The notes beneath the pieces were generated by a model. That model ran no database searches, was not told the DNA's origin, and was given only the letters and a program-made list of their open reading frames with translations. DNA of 62,732 nt, counting the filler, from Aduncisulcus paluster (Eukaryota), in the NCBI GenBank assembly GCA_024181965.1. It is 5 parts of 5 records of this genome, joined end to end, with 100 filler letters (N's around TTAATTAATTAA, not from the genome) between each part and the next. Parts side by side here need not be neighbours in the genome. Positions count along the whole stretch, not along the records: positions 58,468 to 62,732 come from BQXS01012623.1; 4 more parts are not named here. One strand, 5' to 3'. The position numbers were made by a program, and so were the translations under genes. Shown here one piece after another: positions 59,100 through 62,732 of the stretch. The first letter of the stretch is position 1; every line of letters starts with the position of its first letter.

Positions 59100-59219
59100 C
59101 TTCCCCCTCTAGAGCTTGATCACCGATCAGTACTCGTCCTAAGTCATGTCCTTAAATCCTGTGACCTTGGTTCCATTTTAACTATTCCTTATTATTATTA
59201 TTATTATTACCTTTTTCTA

Positions 59220-59313
59220 ATATGAGTTGGATAGCTCAATGGGTATGACTCCTGGTCATACTTCCTTAAGCTATTTCAGCGCGCGGGTTCGAATCCCGAC
59301 TTTCTCATATTTT
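59220..59313 (+). ncRNA. Putative Pol III small RNA (A-box/B-box, non-cloverleaf) antisense within the retrotransposon 3' UTR
   Basis: A box TAGCTCAATGG 59232-59242; B box GGTTCGAATCC 59286-59296; terminal stem AATATGAG/CTCATATT; hairpin GTATGAC/GTCATAC; ATAGCT/AGCTAT; TTTT at 59310-59313. Confidence 0.6.
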
Positions 59314-60258
59314 CCAAGAATTCTTAGTTTTTGTTATCTTCCTTGTTGCTATCACAGGATCCTTTAATTCCTTTTAAATCACACTGTAGCCTTGTAATTA
59401 TTTCTTTTCCTTCCATAATCCTTGTTAAAATTAGCAATTTCCTCATTCCCTTCCCCCCTCCCCTTCTGGGGAATTATTATGGGTAATATTTCTCAGAAAT
59501 ATTATAAAATTGCTAAATAATCTTCCTTAACCTCATTATTTCCTTAATAAACCTTTCAGTCTTTTGATATGTATTTTCACCTCGTTTTCTTCCGATATGA
59601 AACTATGATCTGTATTGTATACTTCAAATTCCTCCTTTAATTGGCTTATCTGATGTTTTTCCTTACTTTCCTGTCTTTCTTTTCATTTCATTTCTCGTAT
59701 TATTCATTCTCTTCATCCTGCTTCGTTCTTACTATTATTTCCGGTTTTTCTCCCGAAATATATCATTACGTATTAATAATATGTCATTCCTTGTAGCATT
59801 TTAATACTTAAAGTATTTTTCTTGCTGTTTTCCCAATTTCCCCTTTTATCTCTTTTATCTTACTAAAGTCCCCTCTTATATCTGTTAATTCTTACCATTT
59901 GTTCCCTTTCTGTCCTTAATTTATCATTAATCCACCTTTTATAACCTTACTTAAGACCGAAAATAACTTCTGGAGTAGACCTCGAAAACGGCATTAGATT
60001 TGCTCTACGGCGAAGTCGGTTTTTCAGATCATCCTTCTTAACTAAAATAAATAACCAAATCAGTAAATCTCTTCCTTATCGGTCCTATTCCTCCCACCTA
60101 TGAGGGTTTCTTAAAATTCGAAAGTTAATTTTGGCCTTTTATCGGATAAAAACTCGGATATAAATTTCTTTATTAAAACTTTATATTTTCTATTCAAATG
60201 CTGTTCTACATGATTTAATTCATTAATAAAGGTATTCCAACCATATACATTGTGTTTT

Positions 60259-62732
60259 TCATTCTCCTAACTTTATATTTGCCAGCTTTTTGTCTATTTT
60301 TCCTTTCAAGGCCTTATTCTTCTCTAAATAAACTTCTAAAGCCTCACAATCTTTGACCGTAGGGAAATATTCCCAAGTATTATGTTCCTCGTCATAATCT
60401 CTCCATTTCACAAGAAATTTAAGAGGTAATTTACCTCCATGTCGATGTCTAGTGATTTTTTCGACTGAATATTCTTCTTCGTCTTTCCCATTGATTTCTA
60501 TAATCTTTTCTTTGGGAATGAAATCGTCTTTTTGATATTTTACCATCCTTCGAGTAGCAACCTCTTCTTTTTCGCCTCCTTTAATTGGAATGACCGTATA
60601 ACTATGGTCGTTCACTTTTTCTGACACGGTGTATGGTCCTAGGAGTTTTGCGTGTTCTTTCTTGCCCTCCTTTGTTCTTTTCAGAAGAATTTCTTCCCCT
60701 ACTTCAAATTCCAATGGTTTCTTCGATGTCTTTTCTGTTTTGTCATCGGTATGTCTTATATGTTCATCGATTTCCTTTCTGTCTTCTCTTCTTGTTATAA
60801 TTTCTCTATGGAACACCGATCTTTCCGTTTCCATGAGCTCAGTTGTCCTAATGAACATTGCCTCGAAGGGCGATACCTCCGAGCGTGAATTTAACCTCCC
60901 ATTCATTGTTTTCATAGCATAGTCGGCAAATTCGGGCCAATTTCTCTCCTTTTGCATTAACCAGATCCTTTGCAACTTCCTGATTTCTCTGTTAAACCTC
61001 TCAGCTCTACCATTCTCTTCATGGTTGTGTGGAAGAGCTATCTTATGTGAGATTTTCCTTTCCTTCAGCCATTTTTCGGTTGGTGCTGCAATGTACTGCC
61101 CCCCGCCGTCAGTCCTTAATCTGACCGGGGTACCCAGAATTGCGAAGCAGTTTCGAAAGCAAGTTATTGCTTCTTCCGCCGAAATTCCTTTTGTTGGTCT
61201 TATGAAGATAAATCTGGAGAAGTCATCAACGATCACAACTAAGTACTTGAATCCTTGTTCATCTTCGGTGAAAGGTCCGATTGTATCCGCTGACACGCAC
61301 TGCCAAGTACCGAAAGAGCGTAAGGTCCCATGGCCGTGGGGCTTAGGGTTCTTCAATTTTTGGCAATAGATACAGCTGTTTACGACCTTGTTTAATTTCT
61401 CCTGCAGTTTGTCGATCTTAATCTCCTCCTTTTTCAAAGTTTTCTGTATAATGTCCTTTCCTGCATGACCCAATTCCTCATGTAATTTTCGTAAGGTCTT
61501 CAAATCTTCCTTATCCTCCTCAACTTCCACCACATTAATCTCCACTGTCTCCTGGGCTCCAGCCCGTGACAAGAAATCTGCAAAACCATNNNNNNNNNNN
61601 NNNNNNNNNATCTCCTCCTTTTTCAAAGTTTTCTGTATAATGTCCTTTCCTGCATGACCCAATTCCTCATGTAATTTTCGTAAGGTCTTCAAATCTTCCT
61701 TATCCTCCTCAACTTCCACCACATTAATCTCCACTGTCTCCTGGGCTCCAGCCCGTGACAAGAAATCTGCAAAACCATTAGTTTTGCCCTCAATGTGTTT
61801 AATAATAAAGTTGAAAGGTTCTAATTGTAGTCTCCACCTTATCAGTTTTGGAACTAACGACTTATGCAAAAACATTAAATTCCTATGATCAGTTTCCACT
61901 GTGAATTCCTTACCGATCAATAAATACTTATTTTTTACTATCGCATAAACTACTGCGAAGCATTCCTGTTCTATTGTCGTCCAGTTCATTTCTGTTTTGT
62001 TGAACTTTTTGGAGAATAATGAGACTAATTCTTCCTTTTTATTTCCTTGTCTTTTCTGCCAAATTCCACCCCCAATTCCCTTCGTTGAGCCGTCAGTTCT
62101 CACGATAAATTCTGCTTGTTTACATGGATGGTGCAGTCTTATTCTCCTATGGACTCTTGTTTTTAGTTCCTTTAAAGCTTCATCCTGGTCCTTCCCCCAG
62201 TCTACTTTTTCTGTCTTTGACGATAATAAGTCTGTTATCGGACTTGCTATTCTTGAGTAATCCGGTATAAATTCTCTAATGTAATTTAAACATCCGATAA
62301 GTTTCTGTACTCCTTTTTTGTTGTATACTGCATGTAAATCTTCTACTGCATCAATTCTTCCCGCTTTTATCCTTCTTCCTTCCTCCGATACTTCAAATCC
62401 AAGATATTCCACTGACGATGTTGCGAAATTCGTCTTTTTGTAATTTATCATCAGGTTTGCCTTTCCTAACCTCTCTATTATCTTCCTCAGGTTATTTATG
62501 AACTCCTTTTTGTTCTTACCCATAACGAGGATGTCATCTAAATAGACAAAGCATGCGATCCCGATCATATCGCTCAAAAGTCCCGTCATAACTTCCTGGA
62601 AGTGTGCGGGTGCTGTACGAAGACCAAAAGGCATGCGAGTCCACTTGAATGTCCCCAATGGTGATGAGAAAGCTAATTTGTATTGGTCATCTTCTTCCAC
62701 GGCCACATTATAGTACCCTGACTTCAGGTCTA
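60259..62732 (-). mobile_element. pol: Ty3/Gypsy chromovirus pol (RT, RNase H, integrase, chromodomain), 5'-truncated by window
   Basis: DLKSGYY, RMPFGL, YLDD; TDGS..EQEC..TDH..DFLSR; HEELGH..CIYC; DTIGP..TDGG..E; GPY; chromodomain YSVEKI..FLVKW..NTWE. A short duplication flanks the N gap. Confidence 0.96.

Noticed and set aside
59224..59307. Canonical tRNA gene
   Set aside because: D stem, anticodon arm and acceptor stem do not form properly; kept instead as a Pol III-type ncRNA candidate.

Overview
This is AT-rich, gene-dense EUKARYOTIC DNA made of five unrelated contigs (1-14107, 14208-34148, 34249-51723, 51824-58367, 58468-62732) joined by artificial N-TTAATTAATTAA-N spacers. There are many 20-N gaps flanked by duplicated sequence and at least one chimeric contig end, so the assembly is noisy. 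Short GTATGT..AG introns and an ADP-forming acetyl-CoA synthetase suggest an anaerobic protist, plausibly a free-living metamonad/fornicate (inference). Ordinary genes: OTU protease fragment, two alpha2delta/Cache-like membrane proteins, tRNA-Leu(TAG), an SDR, a CM1-motif coiled-coil protein, a syntaxin, a DENN protein, a C2H2 protein, a Hus1-like clamp subunit, an MGRN1/LOG2-like RING ligase, RNA Pol III largest subunit, VPS9-like and Ulp1-like proteins, and a hAT-like transposase fragment. Most interesting: (1) a Ty3/Gypsy chromovirus with an ultra-short 78-bp LTR, signs of Tf1-type self-priming, a hairpin enclosing its PPT, and an antisense Pol III (A-box/B-box) non-tRNA small RNA unit in its 3' UTR, inserted into the gag of a related element; (2) a giant (roughly 2,500+ aa) type II membrane protein built from phage-tail-fibre-like repeats and HxH motifs; (3) a spliced clathrin-light-chain-like gene missed by the ORF track; (4) an acetyl-CoA synthetase ending at a splice donor with no cis 3' exon, while a matching C-terminus lies on another contig (possible trans-splicing or chimera). 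All family calls come from motif recognition by eye; no searches were run.
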